A stretch of 64,000 bases of DNA from contig NW_025765178.1 of the NCBI RefSeq assembly GCF_003918875.1, forward strand, positions 1 through 64,000, in the 5' to 3' direction. A program made the translations under genes and the position numbers. The notes under the pieces were generated by a model. That model saw only the letters and a program-made list of their open reading frames with translations, had not been told where the DNA came from and ran no database searches. This document shows, one piece after another, positions 14,001-26,893 of this stretch. Position 1 is the stretch's first letter. Each line of letters starts with the position of its first letter. Origin of the DNA: Haliotis rubra. Lineage: Eukaryota.

Positions 14001-17000
14001 TTACAACGTAACTCAGTGTGTCATGTACAGCGTGACAGTCAGTGCGTCAAGTACAACGTAATCCGAGTGTATGTCATGTACAACGTAACACAGAGTGTGT
14101 GTCGTACAACGTTTTCAGTGTGTCAGCTACAAGGTAACTCAGCGTATCAGCTACAAGGTAGAAGATAGAAGAATTTATTACGGTATATAGGCTATCAATC
14201 TGCACAATAAATGCAAAGTGGTATATGATATATAGACAATATGTATTTCAACATATACATAGGTATATATATATATATATACATGTCTCTTCTAACATTG
14301 GATAGAATTCCTTTAGATAGTGCATGTTTAATAAATAATGAAATTCTTTTATAAGTAAATTCTTATCTTTGTACAAAACAACTTATGATATTTATTAAAC
14401 ATGGACAATTAAATTTGTAGGTATTTGTTTCCCTTAAATTTGCATATGCATCGCAGACAAGTACAAAATGTAATTCATCTTCAAAATTATATGGTTGTTA
14501 ATATTTTACATTTTGCTTTAACCCACTGTCATCTTGACATCTTACGTTACATAGAGAGGTAATTGTTGAATACGTAAATAGCATAAATAACGGCGATATT
14601 CCCTTAGATGTACATTAGAAATATATTCAATATCCAGTATCGACTTTAATGATTTGTAATAGCGATAAATGTGTTTATCTACGACGAAAGCAACATATTT
14701 TGCTTTGCAAAATCTACAAGTCTTTATTTAAACATAAATACAAATCATTTGTTACACTACTCAACTCTTGGCTTTCCCACACAAAACCAAAATCCATACG
14801 CTTAATAATATTCTTATATAAGATGCCCAAGTAATTCTACATACAATCATCAAGCTTTTAAAGAATTTAAGAGTGTTCAAAAATCTATCGGTAGCCATAT
14901 TGCTGATAGTTTACACCTCAGTTTACTAATACAATATCTACCGCATTCTGCTATCATTGCGTTATTGGACATGCTTCTTACCTACACCTAGTACACATTT
15001 AGCAAAATTAGAGTGGAATTTGTTAATAGTTTGTCTATCTTGGTGACCCCATACGTCTGCAATAACAGTAGCGATATTTTCATTTTTATTTTTACTGGGT
15101 CAAAGAGCTTGAAAAAAACACTTTGGTGACATTTGGATATTTATAAGATACCGTTTGATAGCAAATAAGGCTTTTAGTGGTTTTATGGTGGCGTGTACAA
15201 GGTAAGTCAGTGTGGTGTCATGTGCAACGTAACCAGTGTGACATGCCAACGTAACTCAGTGCGTATTTCGCCGCTACAAGCCAGTGTGTACCGCGTACAA
15301 CGTACCCTGTGCGTGTGGCCGCGTACAACATAATCCCCAGCGGCCAATTACAAGGTAATTCAATGTGTCAGCTACAAGCAGTAACTCAGTGTGTGTCATG
15401 TGCAACGTTCCTCAGCGTGCGCTCGCGTACCAAGGTAAGTCAGTGCGGTAAATATGTAAATTACGTAACTCAGTGCGTGTGGGCCGCGTGCAACGTAACC
15501 TACCAGTGTCAGTGTACAAGGTAAGTCAGTGTTTCAGCTGCTGCGTTTCTCATAAAATACGCAACGTACCCAGTGTGTCGCGTACAACGTAAGTCAGTGT
15601 CATGTACCGTAACTCAGTGTGTGTTAGATGCAAGAGAGTTGCGTCATATACAACGTAATCCCCAGTGTAACGTTAACAACGTAAGTCAGTACGCAATTAC
15701 GTAACCCAGTGTGTTAGATGCAAAGCGAGTTAGCGTGTCATACAATGTAACTCATGTGTGTGCGCTGCGTGCAACGTAACTCAGTGTGTCGCGTACCAAA
15801 TCAACCTGCGTGTGTCATGTGCAACGTAACTCATTGTGTGTCATATACACCAACTAAGTGTGTCATGTGCAACGTAATCCCAGTGGTGTCAGCGTACCAA
15901 GGGTAACTCAGCGGTCAGCTACAATGTAAATCCCCAGTGTACAAGGTGCAACGTAACTCAGTGTTCTGGCACAACGTCACCAGCGGGTCATGTACAACGT
16001 GTCAGTGAGTCAGCTGCTGCTGGGTAACCCAGTGTGTGTCAGCTACAACGTAACTCAGTGTGTATCGCGTACAACATAACCCAGTGTGTGTCAGCCACAA
16101 GGTAACTCAATGTACGTCAGCTACAACAAGTCAGTGTGCGTCATGTGCAACGTACCCTCAGTGTAGTCAGCTACAAGGTAAGTCAGTGCGGTGTCATGCG
16201 TAACGTACCCCATCGTAAAATAGCTACAACGTAACTCAGTGTGTCATGTGCACGTGTAACTCAGAGTGGTCATGTCCAAACGTAAGTCAGTGCGAATCAG
16301 GTACCAAGGTAATCCAACGTGTGGCCAGCCAGCAAGTCAGTAAAATAAGGTAAACGTACCCCAGCGTACAAATACAACGCATCTCAGTGTGTCATGTACA
16401 ACATCATAACCCAGTGTGCGTCAGCTACAAGGTAACCTACCGCATGTCAGCTACAAATGTAAGTCAGTGCAAGTCATGGTGCAACGTACCCCAGTGGTCA
16501 GCTGGTAAGCTCGCGTACCGCGTGTAACGTCCTCAATGTGCGTCAGCTACAACCCGTACCTCAGTGTGTAAGTTAGGATGCAAAGAGAGTGAGGTGTCAT
16601 ATACAATGTAAATTAGCAGTGTCATAAAATTCACGCCGTAGCTCAGTGTGTGTCATGCGCAACGTAACTCAGTGTGTGATGCGCAACGTTACTCAGTACC
16701 GCGTACAACGTAAGTCAGTGTCAGCTACAAGGTAACTCATGCGTGTCAGCCACAAGGTAACCCAGTGTGTGTGATGTACAACGTAAGTCAGGTTTGTCAT
16801 GTAAATCACGTAACCCAGTGTGTTAGATTTTAGCAGAGTTAGTGTGTCACATACAACTTAACCCAGTTTGTGTCATGTCCACAGGCAAGCGTGCGTCAGC
16901 TGCAAAGTCAGTGTGTAATTACATGCAACGGTAACTTCAGTGCAGCCAGCGTACAACGTACGTCAGTGCGTCAGCAGTACCACAACTCAGTGTGTCAGCC

Positions 17001-18230
17001 ACAAGGCAAAGTCAGGTCATGTGTAACGTACCCCAATGTGTGTCAGTCACAAACGTAACCCCAGTGTGTTGATGTAAAGAGTTAGTGGTCATATACAACG
17101 TGATCCAGCGGGGCTCGCGAACAACGAAAGTCGCGTACGCCGCGTACCACGTAACCGAATGTGTTAGATGCAAAGAGAGTGCGTACCGGTATACAATGTA
17201 AACTCAGTGTGCATGTCTCTTAATGCGCCCAGTGTGTCACGCCGTAACTCAGTGTGCGTCAGCCAAGGTAACCTTATTGTGTCATGCGTAACGTAACTCA
17301 GTGTGTCAGCGTGTACAACGTAACTGAGTGTGTGTCATGTACAACGTAACTCAGTGTGTTGCGTACCACGTACCCCAGTGTGTGTCATGTACGCACCCAG
17401 TGTATGTCAGCTGGGCTATGTAACTCAGTGTGTGTCATGTGCAACGTAACTCAGTAAAATGCGGTACAACGTAACTGAGCGTGGCCGCGTACAATGTAAC
17501 TCAGTGCGTCATGTACAATGCAACTCAAAGTGCGTCATGTACAACGTAACCTTAGTGTGTGTCATGTACCACGTACCCAGCGTGTCAGTGTATTACGTAA
17601 CTCAGTGTGTTTCAGCTACAAGGTAAAGTCAGTGTGTACAAGTGTGCAACGTACCTCAGTGTGTGTCATACCAAACGTAATCAGTGTAAGGTCACGTACA
17701 ACGTAACCCAGTGTGCGTCATGTGCAACGTAACTCAGTGTGGTCATGTAACAGCGCACCTCAGTGTGTGCCGGGGCTACGGTAACCTTCCAGGTGTCAGC
17801 TGGGGCGGTAAGTCAGTGTGTGTCGCGTGCAACGTACCTCAATGTGTGTCAGCTACAATGTAACTCAGTGTGGGTCATGTACAACATAACTCAGTGTGTT
17901 GATGCAAAGAGAGTGAGTGTGTCATATACAATGTAACTCAGTGTATACAAGTGTACTACGTAGCTCAGTGTGTGTCATGTACAACGTACCTCAGTGTGTG
18001 TCCCAGCAACGTTCCCTCAGTGTGTCCTTACGTGCAACGTACCCCAGTGTGTGCCATGCAACGTAACTCAGTCAGGCCATGCGTAACGTAACTCAGTGTG
18101 TGTCATGTACAAATATAACTCATGCGTACCAAAGCAACAAGGTCAGTCAGTGTGTGTCAGATACAAGGCAAGTCAGTTTGTGTCACAGTCCAACGTAAGT
18201 CAGTGTGTGTCAAATACAACGTTTATGTAT
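14001..18230. repeat. 26-bp satellite (GTACAACGTAACTCAGTGTGTGTCAT), roughly 120 units, in two blocks (14001-14160 and 15196-18230) split by a LINE insertion
   Basis: Tandem recurrence with variants AGCTACAAGGTAAGTCAG and an occasional GTTAGATGCAAAGAGAG unit. Confidence 0.95.
14161..15195 (-). mobile_element. 5'-truncated LINE fragment (ORF2 C-terminal region) inserted in the satellite
   Basis: Minus-strand peptides HSNFAKCVLGV (~15000), GFGFVWESQE (~14780) and EDELHFVLVCDAY (~14460) are typical of LINE ORF2 C-termini. TACAAGGTA flanks both sides. Clade not determined. Confidence 0.75.
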
Positions 18231-18264
18231 ACGTACGCAATTCTGATGTATTCTTTATCTCCAG

Positions 18265-21200
18265 AGGCTCCGTTCCCTGCGGTGTTATCGCGGGATTCTG
18301 TATGAAGAAGCCCATCAGGTATTGTGTCTGGCCCTAGGGGCTTCAAAGGGAAAGTTGTCTATCGTTTAATTTTTTCTTTATATTGCTAACCATTGCAAGT
18401 GTTGAGTTTATGGGGATTCTTCTGCATTGCAGTGTATGTTATTGGAAGATTAACGCATTAGTAACCCAAAAATCCCAACAAAGAATATTCTGCAAATTAA
18501 AAACGTGTAGACTATTCCCTATCTGAAAATGATATCAAATCCAACCATTAGACCCAACTTTGCGACATTGAAAAGTGCGGGTTTGGCGCCAACAGACGTA
18601 TATCTTCATTGAGTGGTTTATTCAGCAGCACTTTGTGTTGCTCTTTATCAATTTAAAATTTGTTTTAAATAGATTATTTTATAAATGACGTATGCCAGTC
18701 AGTATCAGCATGTGTTAATTTTGGTGTCGGTCATTAGTAAGATTTGGCAGTGAGTCACGTGAGAAATTTTAATTAACTTCTACATGGGGAACAGTCTTCG
18801 GCTGATCAGTGGAGCATGAACAATAGCTTAAATGATATCGTGTGCGCTTCGGCACCGTGTGCAGGGTCTGGAAAGCGGATAGTCAGTGAGTGAGTTAAGT
18901 TTACGCCGCATTTAGCAAAATCTCAGGAAATATCAGGAGGGAGGACATCGGAATTAAAGGTATGAAATGAAAAGCGCACGCAGTTCTGATAATGTAGTTT
19001 TCATTTCATCCCAGTAACGACAGAACCTACGATATCGGGTAAAACCAGCTGTACTGAAGGCTGATATGACACTGGAAGCACCGGAGACATCAACAGTGAT
19101 CCACCTCAGAGTGTAACTTGGTCAAACATTGCGTCACCGTCCGGTGTGGAGTTCAGCTTATCCGACCAAGCACATACCAGAAAGAAACTCAGAGCGGAGG
19201 ACACAAGTCGACAAAGGAAATTAGTTGAATTAGGGACAAGTCGACAAGCCACAACCAGGTTTCCATTGAGGGTTATGAAGGGCATAGTCAACGCTTCAGC
19301 CAAGTTCACACTTAGGAAGACAAACGAACGGTACAGTGCTCTTTACCGATAGGTATTGGGAATGCTATGATACGTTGTTCTCAGGAATAAACATAAGGAC
19401 TTGGAAAGCATTATTAAGGTCAAAACAGGCATATATGCTTTTGGGAAATGATCACCCAAACAGTTTATGGTTTTGGTACAGAATGTCGTGTTAATTTGAA
19501 GTAGCGTAATTGATCTTTCATCAGAAATGCTTACTAACATGTTGAAAATATTGACTAAATAATGTATACTTTCAGCACAGACAACTAAAGTTCCTTCAAG
19601 AGATTCAAGGTGATTGCGTAATCATCACGTTGTACTAATGTGGCTGCTTGTAGAGACGATCCTGCTAACAGCAAACGTGTAAGCGAAGAATTTAAGCCTC
19701 TTTGTCCATAAATGTATTCATTTTCTGTCAACAGCTATCTGTATCCATTTTAACACCGTTCTAAAGCAAACTGGAATTTAATGGTTCTTGGTAATGACCG
19801 TCATTTGCCGCTGATTATGTATAGCACACGATTGATGAGTGAGACAAACAGGGTGATTCTTGTGAATGTTGAAGATGCAAAGAATGTCCCATGTGACCTC
19901 CTTCCAGTAAAGACAACCCTGACGTAGATGGCTACAGATGTGCAGGCAAGAAGACAGGGGAGGAAGTTCTTCCATCACTCCTGCCCTTCCGTCACAGGGA
20001 TGAGTGAGTAACTAGATCGTTGGGGGTATCAGGAGAAAATCAACCCACTCGTACACTAATGCAAAACTTTTGTTTGTATGAGTGAGTATTGAGGATATAG
20101 GTCTGACGCTCATATTGTTCCATGGCAACTTCTTCACCTATTCTTACCCGACTAATCCTCGTATCATCACACTTTTAAATGGTGGCATTCAGGCATAGTC
20201 ACAATGTTAACAATTACATGAATATTAATGTATTTGGGGTATCGATTTAGATAGAACCCGCCATTCCATCCTTAGTGAAGATTACACAGCGGAGCAGGTT
20301 GTATCATTTTGCATTTCCTTTGACAGCATTGTGTTTTCCTACAACGGCCACCAATGGCGGGATATAGTCAAAGTCCGGAACAAGGAGAGTACCAACACAT
20401 TAGCGACCCACTACTACGACGGTGCCACAGCCACATGACCACACCTTTAGCATTGTGTCCATTGACCTGGTGGCTCCGTATCATGCCAACCTTCTACTCT
20501 GCTTGTGTTGGCAGCATGTTGGTTGTTCCTAATATCAAACGTACTGTAAGTGTACAGAGTGTACAGTGTATATTAGCAACATACCGTCAAAGGATGCTTT
20601 GAGATAGTAAGAATTCCTCTGTTGCCCAGCGAACGAAATTCTTCAATTATTCCATTTATATACATCATCACAAACACGTCCCGCTGAGCTTATGGCGGCT
20701 ACATCCATGACAAAGGAAAAGTAGTGCCAGTCTGTTATAGTTTCTTTCGAAAACGTTTGTGACAAGCGTCTCTATCAAATGCGAGAAAAAATACAATAGG
20801 TAGACTCCGCAGCTGTTCAATCGCAACGTGTGTTTTAACATTGTCAGGAACACAATTTTCCTACCCTGAGAACAACATTATCTGGCGGCACCATAAAACA
20901 TAGACGCAGTGTTTTGACAGCTCCTGGAAATCAAACAGGAATGAGTTAAACGACCTCTTTAAATACATACTGGCTGCAAAGTGCCATCCACTGGTTTGTT
21001 GGTTCCAATGGGTGTCGTGCAAAGTTGAGAACAAACGATACTTACCTTCAGGTGATGACAAAACCACTGCATGTAACGATTTAACCTCAAGCTATTTCAT
21101 ATTTTAAACACCGTCGAACCCATGGTCTCGCGCCATGTGTGTTTATTTCAAAGCTTTGGTCAAGATATCTGTACAAAAATAAATTGTTTCCGAAAGCTTG

Positions 21201-24200
21201 AAAACAACTTGTTTTGGTTAGTTTATCATTGTTTACAGTTGATAAACGCATTACGTCTTTCAGCCAATAGTGAACTCCGGTGGAGTTGCTGGTCAGATGC
21301 CGACTCAGGCATTGACTCGGTTTTGTAGAGGGAGTGACTGAACTCCAAGAAGATGGGGTGTTCTCCGTGAAACGGTCTGATGGGTTTTACATATGGATTT
21401 CAACAGCATCGACAGTTAGTATTTGTTTTACCTGTTACAAACGTGGATTTCCATTGATAAGTGAAAATAGTTCCTTAGAATTGTGTGCGCAGATGTTTGT
21501 GCCGCATGTTCGTGTGTTAGTGTCCATAGATATACTGACATTTTAGGGACACAGTAAGGAATAAAATACACACGACACGCTAATGTACCCATTAGTCTAC
21601 CCTATATATGTTGTCACCATCGTCCATAACTGTCAATTCGGAAATTTCTCTAGGAATCATAGCAGAAACCCAAGTCTATAATAATTTTGTATGTATGTAC
21701 CATGCAGCTTGCAGGAAATGATTATTAACATAACAAATGTATGTATGAAAGCTATCGATAAATCAATCGATACAAGACTGAATGGGCTCAAATACCAGTC
21801 CTATGTCGGGAATAAGAGAAATCATAGGAATAAAGACATTTTACAACATAGCGGGTTATTACGGTGCTATTGGCGCCCTCGGTTTGGTTTTCTTTATTTA
21901 ATCAGAATAACTAAACTGAAATTTAGATCGCGAATGAGTTACTTTGTCTCAAACCGATTTACCCGGAGTTTTAAACTCTCGGCTTTCCCGTCCTAAATTT
22001 GATGTTTTACAATAATTTCTATTTATTACCAAGGAATCTGATTGACACAATTCGTTAAACATTGATGGATGGATCAAAACTTGTGTTATGTTTCATCTGT
22101 TCACTCTAATGGTAAATGTATGGATGCCAGTTTTGTTTTATAATGAGATGAGAAATGGGGTATCATCCAAAGAGTTCAAAGAGGGCTTGATCGGAAAAGG
22201 AGTCTAGGTTGGGAATAATTAATGTAATATAGTCCCCTATTCTTAACGCCACTGACCCTAATAATAAAAGGCACTCGTGTCTCATATAGAGATGTTGTGG
22301 ACCCATTCTGTAATGAATCGTAAATTTGGCTTTTGAACCTTGGATTGATATTCTGAAGTGAGTCAACATACCGCTTTAGAGGTAACAACTTATGTTTTTA
22401 ACATGTTTCGTGGTGTATATATTCTGCACCGTTATCACTCTAATCTGATAAATGTAAGAACCCTCATCGTAACGCCAACGAACTGCCAAGGACCAGAGGT
22501 TGAAATCCATAAAATGTTTAACTTCATTACCGAGGAGGTTTATCTTTTTGATTAAATGCCCTAAGTCAGTATATACATTCTCGTCACGATTCCTCGAAAC
22601 TGTCAAAACCGTTAAAAATATCTTAACGTCCTTTATATGTAATGTTCCATTTACATAGCGCCAAATTCCACAACAAGTATGTTCATGGTGCTAGCCATGA
22701 ATAGCACAGCACATTATTACCCGGAATAGCCTGCTGCCTTAGTAGGCGCTAGAATGTTATAGTCATTTTAGTCTGAGTTATCCCATCTGGTACCCATTTT
22801 CCGCTGGGGAACAGTGGCAATATTGAACAAAAATCACTTGCCTCAGGTGAGAGACCACATGTACCACATGTGCTTAGTTGGTGGGGAGAGAACTGAAGTC
22901 CTAGAAACTATCAGGACTCGTTCGCCAAACACGGTCACCTATCCAATGACTCCCCGCGTCCAGCGTTACTTAACTTCAACTGATTAGTGACCTGAGCTCT
23001 ATGCAGAGGACTACACAACACCATATGTATATCCAGATCTCGTTAATGATTTCTTTCAGTCGTCTGAAAACTACACGTTAACCAGTGATGGCGTCTTACG
23101 AGATCAAAGCTAACCGTCTCGCGACAAGGCAGGTAATCATAGAAATGCCAGGCGGATCCTTATGTACGATAGTTCTTCGACTGTAACAACACAAGAAAAT
23201 ACAACTCTCTCCGTGACGACAGCATCATCAGCAACGTCATCATGGCAAATGACGTCATCAGCAGTGACAGGTAGACTGGACCAACAGATACATCAACACA
23301 AAACACGATCACAACAAGTGGCTCGGCCAGATTGACACCGTGACTAACGTTGAAGCCCCCTATGATGATTCGACGAAGGTGACAGAACAGTTGATGCCAT
23401 CGATAATGTTCAAGGTATGTCTATGTCCCATTCAGGATCTTGTGAATGTAACAATGCCGTCAGGTAATTCCGGCACCTAAGCACATCGATCACAACACGG
23501 CAACTAAGGTCTCTTTATTTTGTGGTTTACGTGACTAAACATGTTCGTATGCATCATATTTACCTAGAGAAATATAAGTTTTATTGACGACCATACGATT
23601 CTAAAGTTGCATTATGCCTTACGGTTGACCTTTACAGCGTTCTGACGACATCGCTTGCTCTCCGTAATTCTGCTTAGCAACTGATGCGCATAGCATCCAG
23701 CTAGAGATCCGAAGTATGGGAGTGTATTAGGGCCAGATTATTTTAAAAATCACTTCATCAATGTAAGGAAGAGTGTTTCATATTAAATCCAATTATGAAA
23801 ATGCAGAAAAAGGTTTAAAGGTCTGAAGAAAACGCATTTTCATAAACTGTCAATCTATCTGTCAAATACTGTCATTTACTTTACCTTCGTGATTAAAAGC
23901 CAGTCCCCTTTAGAAATGTCCCGTTTAATGTCGATAGGTAACGCAAATTGCAGCTGCGCAGAATTACCGGAAGCGCGGAATTACAAGACCTCGCTTGTAC
24001 ATATAAGCCAACATGTCAATGATGTTAATTCTTCGTGCATGATCTGTCACATCAAAGACAATTGCCGATCCTGTGAATACGCAATGGTGTTGATCAAATA
24101 TTATATCCAATAAGGTTTCCGAATCTCCTTTAGTGAATGAAATTACGCCTGGGTCCTGTCCATCAAAGCGATCGTAGCGCCAAGATGATTGTAACTCCCA

Positions 24201-26660
24201 TACTTTTAACATAGACTTACGACTGTCGTAGCACTACGATCGCTCTTGAGGAACGGGCCCCTGCAGGGTATCTGAATATGTCACCGCAGCATAAGCCAAC
24301 ATTTACAGGTGTGTTGACGTGTCATGTAAAGGAATTCAATATAATTTATATTCCATATTTATGGAAACGCAGTCGTGTAATAATGCATATAATTTGGTCT
24401 ACTATTCAGGTATAACTCGTTTCCTCACCTTTTACAAAGTCGACCACCAAGGAGGGTCGTCCATCACCAGCCCACCACCTGATAACCTGTTCACCAGTCA
24501 AGGGTCTGAATCAGTCACAGACCATAACACCCCTCACTAGTGGACGGGGACACTATACGCTTCTGGTTCGAGCCTATGACATCATGTCAGAAATGAAAGA
24601 AGAGAATGTTACAGTCCATATCGACACATCACCTCCAGTCATAGAGAACCTGTGGCTAACCAAGGAGACAGACTGAACGTCAGTGTACATGGAGCAGAGA
24701 CACTCACAAACATTACGTAAGTCAATGTCTTCCGCATGTTCTTAAATCTCTTCTTGTTTGTTTGTTTCATTAATTGCTGCTTCGGTACAATTCCAGGATA
24801 GAGTGGGTAGCGTATGATGAGCACAGCGGTCTGGAGACGGTATCCTGGAGACTAGTGGACAGGTATCACAACCAGGAGATCGTACATGGAATAGGGCATA
24901 TGACGGCACAAGGAGAAGCCATAGTGAGTAAACTGTGAATATTCGTCAACACTTGATGGTTGAGAGCTGATAACCATTGTTTACAAGAATGACTCATATT
25001 CGTGCACATCTGACAACTGTCCACTTTCTCACTAAAATGTGCGTCAATTATCATAATGAATGTTTCCATTCTAATTTTGAGGACATGATGCACGTCACAC
25101 CCATTCGATGTACAGTGGATAGCGGTAACTATAATAATGACAAACTACAATAAGATTTAAAATGAAACCAAGTTCATGGTTTGTTGAAAACAACATTTTG
25201 CTTACACATGCTATAATGTCACATATATACTGCCAAATGAGACAGTGTAAGTTTTCTAAGATTCCATATGGTAACATTGAAGAAGTATTTGGTTTGGTTA
25301 ACTACGTGATAACTATAAAAGGTGACAATATCCGTGCTGCTTTTCGATCGTGGCATGGTAGGGTAGGCCTCAGCGCAGTACCGTGATTTATGAAAAGCCA
25401 CATGACGTTTTGGTTTTGGAAATACAGATATAATGTATGAATATAATAATGTATCATTCGCAAATGTAATAATATCTTCAAGCAGACCCGCAAATACATT
25501 CCTGAACTTTTGCATTATCTAACGAGCGAAACTCGCCCGAAAACATTGATGTTTTTGGCTGTTACCAGGCAGTTATTTATACATTCCAGACAATTGAGGA
25601 TTGCAATGATAAGTACGAAGACAATGCGCGGGGGCCAAGCTGCTATTGTACCCCCTTTAGCGGGTGCTATCACCGTCACTTCCATGTTGTAACTGCTATG
25701 GTGGACAGCAATAACTCTCATGGAGGAATACTTCGACAGCAAAGAAACGGAGTTCACGATTCTGACTACTATGTGGAGGTCACTGTAACAAATCAAGCAT
25801 TGATAACAACCAAACTGGACTTTAAGGTACGTACCTGAAATTGACCCACAACCTGGTAACCCGTTCCACAAAGCGGATCTATGCCCCATACTATAACAAC
25901 ATACACAGCATTAACGTAGCGCGGGTATGTGGACCTTAGTCAGTGATCTGTTCACCATGCATGCGTTTCTTCATGAAATTATTAATATATCAATAATAAA
26001 TGGGGAAATATATGTCAAAATCTGTATATATCGCCATACACTTGTGAATCTGTAACATAGATACTGTATTCGTTCGCAGGTTACAATAGACATTAGTCCT
26101 CCCTCATACTGGCGTTGTCCACGATGGTCAGTCTGGACACCCGGAAGTGGACTATCAGGACAGTCTACAGCTCCACGTCCACTGGGACGGGTTCTTTGAC
26201 AGAGAGAGTGGGGTCATGTTCTATCAGTACATATTTAGCTCTCACTGCCACGGAGCCGACGCTTTTGATCTGATGTTCCTTCACAACAGGCATGTACTTT
26301 CTCCTGCAAACTGTATGAAACGTTATCCACTGTATGTCTGTTTGTGAAATGTATTTTCCTAAATATCATCTTACTCACATACAGGTCACGGAAACCCTTT
26401 TCCACATCCGCCTCCTGGACAGCGCCCACTGTCGGCAAGTATCACGTGACAGTGGTGGCCTTCAACCGAGCACTGGAAGCATCTGACCCAGTGTGTTCTG
26501 ACGGAGTGACTGTAGACACAACACCACCCAGTGTCAGTGAGGTGGCAGTGAGAGACTCCAGGGTGATGGAGGGGCTGGTCAAGTCATCAGATAACGTTGT
26601 GTGGTTCATCGACGCCCACAGGAGACGTGCCCAGGTGGTCAGTCCAGATGACAGTTGCAG
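18265..26660 (+). CDS. Paralogue B, upstream exons (indel-laden in this assembly)
   Basis: Clear exons: 21264-21414 (LRWSCWSDADSGID), 23060-23414 (DKAGNHRNARRILMYD..HNKWLG), 24410-24716 (VDHQGG..RAYDI..IDTSPPVIENLWL), 24797-24923 (IEWVAYDEHSGL), 25590-25826 (CYCTPFSGCYHRHF), 26080-26289 (WDGFFDRESG), 26385-26660 (SDGVTVDTTPP). Weaker exons at 18265-~18360, ~18790-18885, 19015-19330, ~19800-20000 and ~20340-20500. The 5' boundary is uncertain. Confidence 0.75.
22650..23022 (-). mobile_element. 5S rRNA-derived SINE (SINE3) with Deu/Nin-like core
   Basis: Minus strand reads GAAGTTAAGTAACGCTGGACGCGG..TTGGATAGGTGACCG (5S internal promoter-like), then CCCAGCGGAAAATGGGTACC (Deu-domain-like), and ends ..GGCGCTATGTAAAT (L2-like tail). 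Confidence 0.7.
24148..24263. mobile_element. Short MITE (Harbinger-like termini)
   Basis: Imperfect TIRs GGGTCCTGTCCATCAAAGCGATCGTAG / CTACGATCGCTCTTGAGGAACGGGCCC with CTG on both flanks. Confidence 0.65.
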
Positions 26661-26893
26661 GTACAGAAATAGCTTATCAACATAGTTAACTGTCATCTGC
26701 TTCAGTCAGTACTTATATGAGTAATTGGGTTAAATATAAGATTCATATAATTCAGCTCAATAACTCTCAGCAATACAGTCACTGATTGACGGAAGTATCA
26801 GTATCATCCGAAGTTTGGGATTTGTGTGTTTTAACACACGATTGATTGAATGTTTCATAAATTGTACTTATGAGGATTTTACATTGGATCCAG

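Noticed and set aside
15309-18337. Cys/Val/Gln-rich ORFs in the ORF track
   Set aside because: They are translations of the 26-bp satellite.
22920-23022. 5S rRNA gene
   Set aside because: Only a diverged partial match, fused to a SINE body.
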